A stretch of 64,000 nucleotides of DNA. Origin: an uncultured Fidelibacterota bacterium. Its GTDB lineage: Bacteria > Fidelibacterota > Marinisomatia > Marinisomatales > Marinisomataceae. Numbering within the stretch: position 1 is the first letter of the stretch; every line of letters starts with the position of its first letter. The translations under genes and the position numbers were made by a program. Under the pieces are notes generated by a model. It saw only the letters and a list, made by a program, of their open reading frames with translations. It searched no databases and was not told the origin of the DNA. The stretch covers positions 13,613-77,612 of the forward strand of contig CACGRA010000002.1 in assembly GCA_902575395.1 (NCBI GenBank), read 5' to 3'. Of the stretch, positions 13,192-22,398 are shown piece after piece.

Positions 13192-16100
13192 ATGCGTTTT
13201 ATTTTAATTCTATTACTATCCACTCAAGCATTATTTGGCCAGTATTTTGGCCAAAACAAAGTTCAATACAATGAATTTGATTGGAATTTTATTGTTAGCC
13301 CTAATTTTAACGTCTATTACTATGGAGATAATCACGATTTAGCAATATTTACTTCAAAAGTCGCTGAAGAATCTTTAGACCAGATTGGAAAGCACTTACG
13401 ATGGAGAAGTCAAAAGCCAATCAAGATTATCGTTTATACATCCCACAATGATTTTCAACAAACTAATATAGTCAATGTTTATATGTCCGAAGGTATAGGA
13501 GGCGTAACTGAGCTATATAAAAATAGAATTGTTATTCCATTTGAAGGCTCTTATGCCCAGTTCAAACATGTTATTCATCATGAACTCGTACATGCTATTA
13601 TTAACGATATGATTTATGGGGGGAATGTTCAGGGGGTATTAAGTGGGCGTGTCTTATTACAAGTTCCATTGTGGGCCAATGAAGGACTTGCAGAGTTTCT
13701 ATCGGTTGATTGGGATACTAAGAGCGATATGGTATTACGTGATTTAGCTATTGAAGAAAATCTCCCGCAAGTTGAACAATTAAATTATTCTATATTAGCA
13801 TACAAGGGAGGCCAGTCAGTTTGGCAATATATTACCAAAAAGTATGGTAGAGAAAAAGTTGGTGAAGTATTTCAACAAATGCGAAGAACACAAAATGCAG
13901 AAAAAGGATTTGAATCTGCATTGGGAGTTGATTTTGAAAAATTAACTGAAGATTGGCATGATTATTTAAAGAAAGAATATTGGTCTGATATTAATAAAAG
14001 AGAAAAACTATCTGATTTTTCTGAGAAACTTACTGATCGATCAAAAACAAAGAATTTTTATAATGTAAGCCCTGCATTTTCTCCAGATGGCAACACAATC
14101 GCTTACTTTACAGATCAATCAGGATATATGGATTTGGTGCTTTTAAATGTAAGCTCTGGAAAACAGAAAAAGAGATTAATTCGTGGAAATAATTCTCCAG
14201 ATTTTGAAGAATTGAAATGGTTACAACCAGGATTATCATGGTCTCCAAACGGAAAACAAATTGCATTTGCATCAAAAAGCGGAGAAGAAGATTCGATTAT
14301 TATTGTAAATGTTAAAAATGGTAAATATAAAAAGATACCTATCGGTTTAGATGGCGTGTTTACTACTTCATGGCATCCAAGTGGTAATAAAATAGCTTTT
14401 ATTGGCCAAAAAAATAATTCAAACGATTTATATCTTATTGATTTAGATGACAATGTTGTTACTAATCTTAGCAATGATATTTATTCCGATTTTAATCCAT
14501 CATGGAGTTTAGATGGCAGCAAGATATTTTTTAGTTCTGATCGTTCAAATTATAAACCAGATATTGATATGTCAGAATTAGATTTTTCCAATAATGATAT
14601 TTTTTATTATGATTTAAATACAAAATCTGTAAACCAAGTTACCAATACTAGTTATCATGAAGATTATCCAGTAGTTACAAAAGATAATATTCTCTTCTAT
14701 ACAGCTGACTATAATGGAGTGCATAATATATTTATGCATAATCTTGATACAGATGAAACTAAACCAATTACCAATGTCATTACTGGTATTCAACAAATTG
14801 ATGTGAATAGATCAAGTAATAAAATTGTTTTTTCCGGTTATAAAGATAGAGGATGGGATTTATTTTTAATAGATAATCCAACAACAATTGAAAGCAAAGA
14901 AATTCCAACCACAGTTTTTTATGCTACAAAAGATGAAGTGCAAGAATTTGAAGATTTACGTTTTGTAAAAGATAAATCAAACATCGATGAACCAGAAGAT
15001 TATTCAAAATATATATTTGCCCGTAGTTATAAACAGCATAATAATGCTGATGGTAAGAATGCGGATATAGACTCTATCCCTGATTCTCTTCGCACTGCTG
15101 GAAACTATAATGCGCAACAATACAAAACTGAATTTTCATTAGACTACGTTTATACCAGTGCTTCTATCGATAATTTATTTGGAACAACAGGACTTGCAAA
15201 TATTGCTTGGAGCGATGTTATGGGAGATCATCAAATTAGATTTGCTTCTAATCTAGTTTTGGACCTCGATAATAGTGATATAGCATTGAGTTATGGTTAT
15301 TTGAAAAATAGAACTAATTATTATGGAACACTTTTTCAGTATGCTAATCTTTTTTCATTAGGGTATAGTATTGATACAGACTATATCGGATTATTACGTG
15401 ACTATGGTGTTGGATTTTTTGCACAATATCCTTTTTCAAAGTTTAATAGAATTGATGTTGGTACAACTCTTCGTGGTATCAGCTACGAAATAAAAGAAAT
15501 TGATTATTGGACAGGGGATGTGCGAACAAACTATACAGAAAACCTCCAATCTTTTGTTCCATTAGTAAGTTGGGTTTATGATAACACTACTAATACATAT
15601 ACTGGACCAAATGATGGATTGAGACAATATTTAACTTTTCAGTTTAGTCCAGATATTGGTGATGATAGCCTTGCATTTAAAACAATAAAATTTGATATAA
15701 GAAAATATTTTAAAATCAATCGAAACTATAGTATCGCAACCAGAATGATGTTAGGTAGAAGTTTTGGTAGAGATCCTGAGAAATTTTTCTTAGGAGGATC
15801 ATCACAAATGACTTTTTATTCTGATACACAGACTGAAGGTAGAGATGATTCGGGATTATATGCTCAACGCATTCTTGATTACGATAATTCTACTATTTTA
15901 GAAGATGTATTTTTTACTGAGTATGTATTTCCTGTTAGAGGTGCAAGATATAGAGAGCGCACTGGAGAGAATGTAGCAGTTGCTAATCTTGAGTTTCGAT
16001 TCCCTTTTATTAATTATGTTGATGTTAGTTTTCCTGCTCGTATCCGTTTTGGAAATATTTTTGGGCATTTATTTTTAGATGTTGGCGCTGCATGGGATGA

Positions 16101-16308
16101 CAGCAAAGAATTTGATGACAGTAGTTTAGTAAGACAGAAGTATAATTTAAATAGCGAAGATGCTTCTCCAATTATTTCTACTTTTGGGGTTGGTATGAAA
16201 ATATTTACTCCATGGGCATTGGTTAGATTAGATACTGCATGGGATCGTTATCCGAATGGTGACTATTCTAAACCTCAATACATTTTATCAATAGGGTATG
16301 ACTGGTAG
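13192..16308 (+). CDS. Large secreted outer-membrane protein: zincin-like N-domain + PD40/TolB-like beta-propeller repeats + Omp85-like C-terminal beta-barrel
   Basis: Signal peptide. HELVH at aa 130-134 with a downstream NEGLAEF. Four or more PD40 repeats (SPDGNTIAY, SPNGKQIAF, HPSGNKIAF, SLDGSKIFF). C-terminal barrel (NLEFRFPF ... SIGYDW). Confidence 0.6.
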   Translation: MRFILILLLSTQALFGQYFGQNKVQYNEFDWNFIVSPNFNVYYYGDNHDLAIFTSKVAEESLDQIGKHLRWRSQKPIKIIVYTSHNDFQQTNIVNVYMSEGIGGVTELYKNRIVIPFEGSYAQFKHVIHHELVHAIINDMIYGGNVQGVLSGRVLLQVPLWANEGLAEFLSVDWDTKSDMVLRDLAIEENLPQVEQLNYSILAYKGGQSVWQYITKKYGREKVGEVFQQMRRTQNAEKGFESALGVDFEKLTEDWHDYLKKEYWSDINKREKLSDFSEKLTDRSKTKNFYNVSPAFSPDGNTIAYFTDQSGYMDLVLLNVSSGKQKKRLIRGNNSPDFEELKWLQPGLSWSPNGKQIAFASKSGEEDSIIIVNVKNGKYKKIPIGLDGVFTTSWHPSGNKIAFIGQKNNSNDLYLIDLDDNVVTNLSNDIYSDFNPSWSLDGSKIFFSSDRSNYKPDIDMSELDFSNNDIFYYDLNTKSVNQVTNTSYHEDYPVVTKDNILFYTADYNGVHNIFMHNLDTDETKPITNVITGIQQIDVNRSSNKIVFSGYKDRGWDLFLIDNPTTIESKEIPTTVFYATKDEVQEFEDLRFVKDKSNIDEPEDYSKYIFARSYKQHNNADGKNADIDSIPDSLRTAGNYNAQQYKTEFSLDYVYTSASIDNLFGTTGLANIAWSDVMGDHQIRFASNLVLDLDNSDIALSYGYLKNRTNYYGTLFQYANLFSLGYSIDTDYIGLLRDYGVGFFAQYPFSKFNRIDVGTTLRGISYEIKEIDYWTGDVRTNYTENLQSFVPLVSWVYDNTTNTYTGPNDGLRQYLTFQFSPDIGDDSLAFKTIKFDIRKYFKINRNYSIATRMMLGRSFGRDPEKFFLGGSSQMTFYSDTQTEGRDDSGLYAQRILDYDNSTILEDVFFTEYVFPVRGARYRERTGENVAVANLEFRFPFINYVDVSFPARIRFGNIFGHLFLDVGAAWDDSKEFDDSSLVRQKYNLNSEDASPIISTFGVGMKIFTPWALVRLDTAWDRYPNGDYSKPQYILSIGYDW

Positions 16309-16312
16309 TTAA

Positions 16313-17434
16313 TTGAAATTTACAATTCAGTCAAAAGATAAAAACTCATTAGCAAGAACAGGAACACTCCAAACGGATCATTCTACTATTAATACTCCTG
16401 TATTCATGCCAGTAGGCACTCATGGAGTAGTCAAATCATTGTCTCCTGATGAATTGTATGATCTTGATACCAATATTATGCTTTCCAATACATATCATCT
16501 TTATTTAAGACCTGGGACAGATATTATACAAGAAAATGGTGGTCTTCATCAGTTTTTAAATTGGTCAAATAGTATTTTAACAGATAGTGGTGGTTATCAA
16601 GTATTTTCATTAAATAAAATGAATAAAATTACTGATGATGGAGTGCACTTTAAGTCTCATCTTGATGGTAGTATGCATTTTTTTACACCAGAAGTTTCTA
16701 TGGAAGTACAACAAAAATTAGGTTCTGATATTATTATGGCTTTTGATTATTGTCCACCAGGAGATTGTTCAAAAAAAGAATTAGAAAGAGCATCAGATTT
16801 AACGCATCAGTGGACAAAAAGAGCATATGACTATTTAAAAACACATGAGAACCTTTATAATCATCAACAAACTTTATTTCCTATTATTCAAGGAGGAGTA
16901 GATAAAAATGAACGATTAAAATGTGTTGATCAAATGTTACCTTTTGTTGATGGTGGAATAGCGATTGGAGGATTATCTGTAGGTGAAAAGAAAGAACCTA
17001 TGTTCAATACAGTTCAATTATTAGGAGAATCTATTCCTGAAGAATATGCACGTTATTTAATGGGAGTAGGAAAGCCAACTGATATTGTTAAATCAGTTTT
17101 AAGAGGAGTAGATATGTTTGATTGTGTGCTTCCTAGTAGAAATGCACGTAATGGACAAATCTTTACTAGCAATGGAGTTATCAATATTCTTAATAATCAA
17201 TACAAGCATGATACTTCTGTAATCGATGAGAATAGTAGAATACAATTTGCAAAAGAATATTCTAAATCTTATTTACGATATTTATTTCAAATAAATGAAA
17301 TCTTCGGGATACGAATTGCAACATTAATTAACATTGCATATTATTTTGATTTAATGAAGCAGATTAGATTTGAAATTAATAATGATACTTTTGTAAAATG
17401 GTCTAAGGACTATTTAGATAAACATAAAGATTAG
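16313..17434 (+). CDS. tgt: Queuine tRNA-ribosyltransferase
   Basis: TTG start. ARTGTLQT...TPVFMPVGT, DSGGYQVFS and GLSVGE motifs. Confidence 0.9.
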   Translation: MKFTIQSKDKNSLARTGTLQTDHSTINTPVFMPVGTHGVVKSLSPDELYDLDTNIMLSNTYHLYLRPGTDIIQENGGLHQFLNWSNSILTDSGGYQVFSLNKMNKITDDGVHFKSHLDGSMHFFTPEVSMEVQQKLGSDIIMAFDYCPPGDCSKKELERASDLTHQWTKRAYDYLKTHENLYNHQQTLFPIIQGGVDKNERLKCVDQMLPFVDGGIAIGGLSVGEKKEPMFNTVQLLGESIPEEYARYLMGVGKPTDIVKSVLRGVDMFDCVLPSRNARNGQIFTSNGVINILNNQYKHDTSVIDENSRIQFAKEYSKSYLRYLFQINEIFGIRIATLINIAYYFDLMKQIRFEINNDTFVKWSKDYLDKHKD

Positions 17435-17442
17435 GAGTATAT

Positions 17443-17901
17443 ATGTTATCAGTTGGAGATAAAGCACCATCATTCACGTTAAAGAATCAAAATGATGAAG
17501 ATATTTCCCTTAGTGACTTTCAAGGATCAAAACTTCTCGTTTGGTTTTTCCCAAAAGCTAGCACAGGAGGTTGCACTAAAGAAGGATGTGGAATTCGTGA
17601 TAATTTTAAAAAATTTCAGAAAAATAACATTAATGTAGTTGGTGTTAGCAAAGATTCTGTAAAAGCGCAATCAAACTTTTCTACAAAAAATAATTTTCCT
17701 TATGATTTATTATCTAATACAGAATTGGGTATGATTAAAGCATATAAAGCCTGGGGTAAAAAGAAAATGTATGGGAAAGAATACGAAGGAATTATAAGAA
17801 TTTCTTATCTTATTAATGAAAAAGGTATTATTGAAAAAGTGTATCCTAAGGTTAATACCAGCACACATGGAGAGGATGTTCTTGAATCTATTAAAGAATA
17901 G
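17443..17901 (+). CDS. bcp: Thiol peroxidase, Bcp-type peroxiredoxin
   Basis: FFPKASTGGCTKEGC (CxxxxC peroxidatic/resolving pair). About 150 aa. AGGAG before the ATG. Confidence 0.85.
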   Translation: MLSVGDKAPSFTLKNQNDEDISLSDFQGSKLLVWFFPKASTGGCTKEGCGIRDNFKKFQKNNINVVGVSKDSVKAQSNFSTKNNFPYDLLSNTELGMIKAYKAWGKKKMYGKEYEGIIRISYLINEKGIIEKVYPKVNTSTHGEDVLESIKE

Positions 17902-18961
17902 TGTTGTCCTAATTATTGGGGTTTTATTTTTTGCTAGTTGCGCTTCTGTTTCTGCTCCACAAGGAGGAGATATAGATGATATTCCACCAAAACTAACCGA
18001 AACTTCACCAAAAATACTTACAGATATCAAACCAACACAAAAAATCACTATAAAATTCAATGAATACTTAGATGAGTCATCTTTAAAAAATGCTATTACA
18101 ATTTTTCCAAGTGGCGACTATGATTTTAGCTATGAATATAAAGGAGATAAGATTGATTTATGGTTACCATCTAAGCTAGAAAAAGATCTTACTTATATGA
18201 TTGTTTTTAATACAAATCTTAAAGATGAGCATAATGTCAGATTGAAAAATGATATTATTATTCCATTTTCAAGAAAAGCTGTTTTTGATTCAAAAAAAAT
18301 TCAAGGAAATATTTTTGGAGATTTTAGTAGTGCATTTATTTTATTATGGTTTAATCACTTAGAAAAAGATATCATGCTAAATCTAGAACCAGATTATGTA
18401 TTAAATGCGTCATCAAGTTCTTCTTACGAGTTTAATTTTTTACCTGAAAAAGATTTTTCAATTTTAGCTGTTGAGCAATATGGATCAAATATTAATTATG
18501 AACAAAGACCTTTCTCTTTTTATCGAAAGAATAAGCTTTCTTTAAAAGATGGATCGTTAGATAATATTAATTTTTATCTTCATACAATCAAAAGTGAAGA
18601 AAGCGAAGATTCTGAAGAAAAAAATGATACCAATGAAAAGAAAAATATCAAGACAGCTACTTTAACAGGAGAAGTTTTAGGAAATTTTATTCATCCAATT
18701 TCTTTAATATTAAAAAATAAAAAAAATGAATATTCCAATACAATTCAAATAGATGGCAGTTACATTCTTGATGGGATATTAGAAGGAGAATATCAGTTAT
18801 TAATCTATGAAGACAGAAATAATAACTCTATTTTAGATATGGGATCATTTACTACAAATGAATTTGCAGAACGATTCTTTGTTTATCCTGATTCATTATC
18901 ATTAAGAGCAAATTGGGAACTAGAGATTCCAAAATGGAATTACAATCTTAATAAGGAGTAA
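17876..18961 (+). CDS. Lipoprotein with N-terminal Ig-like (SbsA-type) domain
   Basis: I place the start at ATG 17876 rather than the track's 17816. This gives signal MFLNLLKNSVVLIIGVLFFASC with a lipobox. DDIPPKLTETSP resembles the start of an Ig-like domain. Overlaps the bcp 3' end by 26 nt. Confidence 0.5.
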   Translation: MFLNLLKNSVVLIIGVLFFASCASVSAPQGGDIDDIPPKLTETSPKILTDIKPTQKITIKFNEYLDESSLKNAITIFPSGDYDFSYEYKGDKIDLWLPSKLEKDLTYMIVFNTNLKDEHNVRLKNDIIIPFSRKAVFDSKKIQGNIFGDFSSAFILLWFNHLEKDIMLNLEPDYVLNASSSSSYEFNFLPEKDFSILAVEQYGSNINYEQRPFSFYRKNKLSLKDGSLDNINFYLHTIKSEESEDSEEKNDTNEKKNIKTATLTGEVLGNFIHPISLILKNKKNEYSNTIQIDGSYILDGILEGEYQLLIYEDRNNNSILDMGSFTTNEFAERFFVYPDSLSLRANWELEIPKWNYNLNKE

Positions 18962-18964
18962 TAG

Positions 18965-19378
18965 ATGACTGTTGTAGCAGTAAGCGGGTATTTTGATCCA
19001 TTGCATGTTGGACATTTAGAATATCTCGAAATGGCAAAACAGCTTGGTGACAAATTAATTGTTATTGTCAATAGCGATAAACAAGCCGTATTGAAAAAAG
19101 GAAAATCATTTATGAATGAAAATGATAGAGCGGAAATTGTAGCAGCATTAAAATGTGTTGATGAGGTATTTTTAAGCATCGATGAAGATAAAAGTGTTTG
19201 TAAAAGTTTAGAAGCTATTAAACCAGATATTTTTGCTAATGGAGGCGATAGAAGTCTTTCAGAAATTCCAGAGACTGCTGTAATGAAAAAATATAATATT
19301 AAAATGGTTGATGGTTTAGGAGAAAAAATTAGAAGCAGTAGTTCAATTACAGGTATCAAGTGCGACACAAACGAATAA
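18965..19378 (+). CDS. Cytidylyl/adenylyltransferase-family nucleotidyltransferase (RfaE domain II / TagD-like)
   Basis: SGYFDPLHVGHLEYL (HxGH motif) and a C-terminal SSSI(T) motif. 137 aa. Confidence 0.7.
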   Translation: MTVVAVSGYFDPLHVGHLEYLEMAKQLGDKLIVIVNSDKQAVLKKGKSFMNENDRAEIVAALKCVDEVFLSIDEDKSVCKSLEAIKPDIFANGGDRSLSEIPETAVMKKYNIKMVDGLGEKIRSSSSITGIKCDTNE

Positions 19379-19638
19379 ATAAAAAATATGAAGAATTAAT
19401 TAATGATTTTATTGACTTAAGCGATAAATTAGATGTAAGAATTATACATGATAAAGGTGATTTTTATGGGGATGATTGTTTATTATTTTCAGATAATGTG
19501 ATTGTTATTAATAAGCACAAACCGTTAGAACAACGTGTTAATGTTTTGGCAAAATGTTTTAGTAAAATGAAAATTGATAATGTTTATATTAAACCTGTGT
19601 TAAGAGAATTAATTGATAAAGTGAAATCAGAAAAATAA
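19360..19638 (+). CDS. Hypothetical 92-aa protein
   Basis: GTG start overlapping the upstream gene by 19 nt; the stop is 1 nt before the HIT gene. I recognise no motif. Confidence 0.4.
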   Translation: MRHKRINKKYEELINDFIDLSDKLDVRIIHDKGDFYGDDCLLFSDNVIVINKHKPLEQRVNVLAKCFSKMKIDNVYIKPVLRELIDKVKSEK

Positions 19639-19639
19639 T

Positions 19640-20134
19640 ATGTCACATAATAAACACTTATGGGCTCCATGGAAAATGGAGTATATCAAAAATAAAGATT
19701 CTTCACAGAAACTTTTTTCTGAAAAAGCTAATGAAAGTGAAGATAGAGAAAATCTTATTCTTTATAGAGGAGAATTTTGTTATATCATTATGAATTACTA
19801 TCCATATAACAATGGGCACTTAATGGTTGTTCCATATGATGAAGTAGATTCAATGGAACATTTAGAAAATGATTCTTTAAACGAAATCATGTATCTTGTT
19901 AAAAAATCAATGACAATTTTAAAAGAAAATCTAAAATGTGAAGGATTTAATTTTGGTGCTAATATTGGAGAAGGGTCTGGTGCATCTATACCAAAACATC
20001 TACATTTTCATGTTGTACCTCGATGGAAATCTGATACTTCTTTTATGCCAGTAGTAGGATCTACCAAAGTTGTTGCACAAGGATTGTATGACACCTATGA
20101 TCAGTTAAAGCCATTTTTTGAAAGGATAAGTTGA
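19640..20134 (+). CDS. HIT-family nucleotide hydrolase/phosphorylase (Ap4A phosphorylase-like)
   Basis: N-terminal LWAPWKMEYI and histidine triad HLHFHVVPR. Confidence 0.8.
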   Translation: MSHNKHLWAPWKMEYIKNKDSSQKLFSEKANESEDRENLILYRGEFCYIIMNYYPYNNGHLMVVPYDEVDSMEHLENDSLNEIMYLVKKSMTILKENLKCEGFNFGANIGEGSGASIPKHLHFHVVPRWKSDTSFMPVVGSTKVVAQGLYDTYDQLKPFFERIS

Positions 20135-20418
20135 TGGATTTATTTTCTCATAGCTGGCTTCCTTTTCTATATCAATATGGTTTTGGTTTATTAATCTTTG
20201 GATCTGGTTTATTTGCAGTGTTTCGTGCATATGGTAACGAAAAGTTTTGGCAAGAATATAAGATTTGGATACAAATATTAATTTGGGGATTTATTTATGT
20301 ATCATCTATCCATTTGTTTATGACTGTATCCGCATTAAATGATATGCCACAACTTTATTTAGTCATTCTTGCTCTTTATATAGTCAATGTTGCGATTCTT
20401 ATTAGAGGTGTTCGATGA
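20131..20418 (+). CDS. Small integral membrane protein (3 predicted TM segments)
   Basis: Hydrophobic 95-aa ORF with start/stop overlaps to both the HIT gene and the symporter gene. An ATG at 20134 is an alternative start. Confidence 0.45.
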   Translation: MMDLFSHSWLPFLYQYGFGLLIFGSGLFAVFRAYGNEKFWQEYKIWIQILIWGFIYVSSIHLFMTVSALNDMPQLYLVILALYIVNVAILIRGVR

Positions 20419-22271
20419 ATACTGCTATTCCAACAAGTGACTTATTCTGGGGTATATTAGCTTTTTATGTATTTTTTGTATTAGGAGCTGGATTATTTTT
20501 TGCGCGTAATAATAAATCTACTGAAGATTTCTTTTTTGGAGGAAGACGATTTTCTTGGTGGATAATTGCCATGTCAATGTTAGCCACTGGAGTAGGATCA
20601 CACAGTTTTGCTAAATATGCTTCTAAAGGATACCAATATGGATTTTCATCCACCATGACTTATATGAATGATTGGTTTTTTATGCCATTATTGTTATTTG
20701 GATGGATCCCAATTATTTATTATATGAAGGTGAACTCTATTCCTGAGTATTTTGAACGCCGTTTTAATAGCACAGTAAGAAATCTATCAACATTTACTAT
20801 GCTATTGTATTTAGTGGGATATATTGGGATTGGATTGCTTGCGCTTGCTTCATTATTGCAACCAATATTAGGATGGGAAATTAATACCATTATTATTGTT
20901 GTAGCTGTGATTTCTGGATTGTATGTATCTCTAGGTGGCCAAACTGCGATTATTTTCACTGATTTAATTCAGGGGATTGTCCTTCTGTTTGCTGGTCTTT
21001 TATTATTTGGATTAGGAATTATTTATTTAGGTGGTTTAGATATATTTTGGAATAATTTATCAATCACAAATAAGCTCCCTTTAGCTGATTTTAATTCTCC
21101 TCCTGATTTTAATTTTGTTGGAATTTTCTGGCAAGATGGTGTGGTAGGATCAGTAGGGTTTGCTTTTATGAATCAAGCAGTGATTATGCGTTTTCTAGCA
21201 GCGCGTTCTGTAGTGCATGCTAGACGAGCAACGATGATGAATGTATTGGTATTTCTGCCAATTGGAACACTTGCAGTATCAAACTCTGGTTGGGTAGCAA
21301 GAGCAATAACAAATACTTCACCAGATGTGATTGCAGAAACTGCAAATCCAAATGGAATTTTTACTATAGTCGCTGGTATTGTAGCAAGCTCTGAAGCAGT
21401 ATTTGCATTTTTAGTAGCAGCAGTTGTTGCAGCGTTAATGTCAAGTTTAGACTCACAAATTAATGCATCCACAGCTGTAGCCGTGAATGATGTTTATACA
21501 CCATTAAGCAAAAATCCATCTGAAAAAACTAAATTACGCATTTCAATGTTTACTTCTTTATTTGTCACATTCATTGGTATACAAGCTGCATTTTTATTTA
21601 GCAAATATGGTACTATTTATGAAGCGCACGGTGCATTCCATAGTATTGTTACACCACCAATGGTTACCGTGATATTCTTAGGAATTTTCTGGCAACGTTT
21701 TTCTTCTAGAGCTGCAATCTTAACATTTGTTTTAGGTGCAATTTTTATTTATTTAGGAGTTTTGTATCCAAAGCTATTTGTCCAACCTTTTTCCCATGGT
21801 ATTGAATTTATTGAAGCAAAACCTTGGTCTTATATTAGGGCATTGTATAATGTGGTTGCATGTGTAGCAATTGGTGTTGTAGTAACCTTGTTAACAAAAC
21901 CGCCAAGCAATTATGATAAAATCAAAGGATTAACCCTTTGGACAATTAAAGATGGTCCAAAATATTTTAAAGGATCTGAGGTGAACAAGAATGCTGGTAT
22001 TACTATCAAATTTTCTGGTTCAGAAATAGAAGTTTCAAACAAAGAAGATAATACAGTCTCTTTACCAAAAAAATATATGAACGAAATAAAAGGTGAAAAA
22101 GGAGATTTAATATATATTAGTGATCATAGATGGTATTTAGGTGGAATGAAATCAACACATGCTCGCTTAGGTAACATATCAGAAAATAATAAAGTTGTTA
22201 TATCTCAAGATGTGTTTGATCACGCACAATTTAATCTAGAAAAAGACATTATTATTGAACTTGAGGTGTAA
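20415..22271 (+). CDS. Sodium:solute symporter family transporter with ~100-aa soluble C-terminal extension
   Basis: Polytopic SSF-like profile (GGRRFSWW, GGQTAIIFTDLIQG). The tail after about aa 510 is hydrophilic. Confidence 0.85.
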   Translation: MNTAIPTSDLFWGILAFYVFFVLGAGLFFARNNKSTEDFFFGGRRFSWWIIAMSMLATGVGSHSFAKYASKGYQYGFSSTMTYMNDWFFMPLLLFGWIPIIYYMKVNSIPEYFERRFNSTVRNLSTFTMLLYLVGYIGIGLLALASLLQPILGWEINTIIIVVAVISGLYVSLGGQTAIIFTDLIQGIVLLFAGLLLFGLGIIYLGGLDIFWNNLSITNKLPLADFNSPPDFNFVGIFWQDGVVGSVGFAFMNQAVIMRFLAARSVVHARRATMMNVLVFLPIGTLAVSNSGWVARAITNTSPDVIAETANPNGIFTIVAGIVASSEAVFAFLVAAVVAALMSSLDSQINASTAVAVNDVYTPLSKNPSEKTKLRISMFTSLFVTFIGIQAAFLFSKYGTIYEAHGAFHSIVTPPMVTVIFLGIFWQRFSSRAAILTFVLGAIFIYLGVLYPKLFVQPFSHGIEFIEAKPWSYIRALYNVVACVAIGVVVTLLTKPPSNYDKIKGLTLWTIKDGPKYFKGSEVNKNAGITIKFSGSEIEVSNKEDNTVSLPKKYMNEIKGEKGDLIYISDHRWYLGGMKSTHARLGNISENNKVVISQDVFDHAQFNLEKDIIIELEV

Positions 22272-22320
22272 TATTGCTTGTTTTTTCAATAATATTATTA
22301 AAAATTCATTCCAATTCGAT

Positions 22321-22393
22321 TCCGGAGTAGCTCAGTTGGTAGAGCGAGTGACTGTTAATCACCAGGTCGGGGGTTCGAGTCCCTCCTCCGGAG
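22321..22393 (+). tRNA. tRNA-Asn (anticodon GUU)
   Basis: Cloverleaf read by hand: acceptor TCCGGAG/CTCCGGA, D-arm GCTC..GAGC, anticodon loop CTGTTAA, T-loop TTCGAGT, discriminator G. CCA is not encoded. Confidence 0.9.
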
Positions 22394-22398
22394 CATCT

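Noticed and set aside
17710-18060. 116-aa minus-strand ORF spanning the bcp/lipoprotein junction
   Set aside because: It is antisense to two supported genes and has no motif or SD.
18940-19368. 142-aa ORF on the minus strand
   Set aside because: It is antisense to the HxGH nucleotidyltransferase gene. It is Ser/Leu/Ile-rich, as expected for the reverse frame of an AT-rich gene.
22255-22398. N-terminal extension of the response-regulator ORF in the track
   Set aside because: The extension is a translation straight through tRNA-Asn (…GVAQLVERVTVNHQVGGSSPSSGA…). The real start is ATG 22399.
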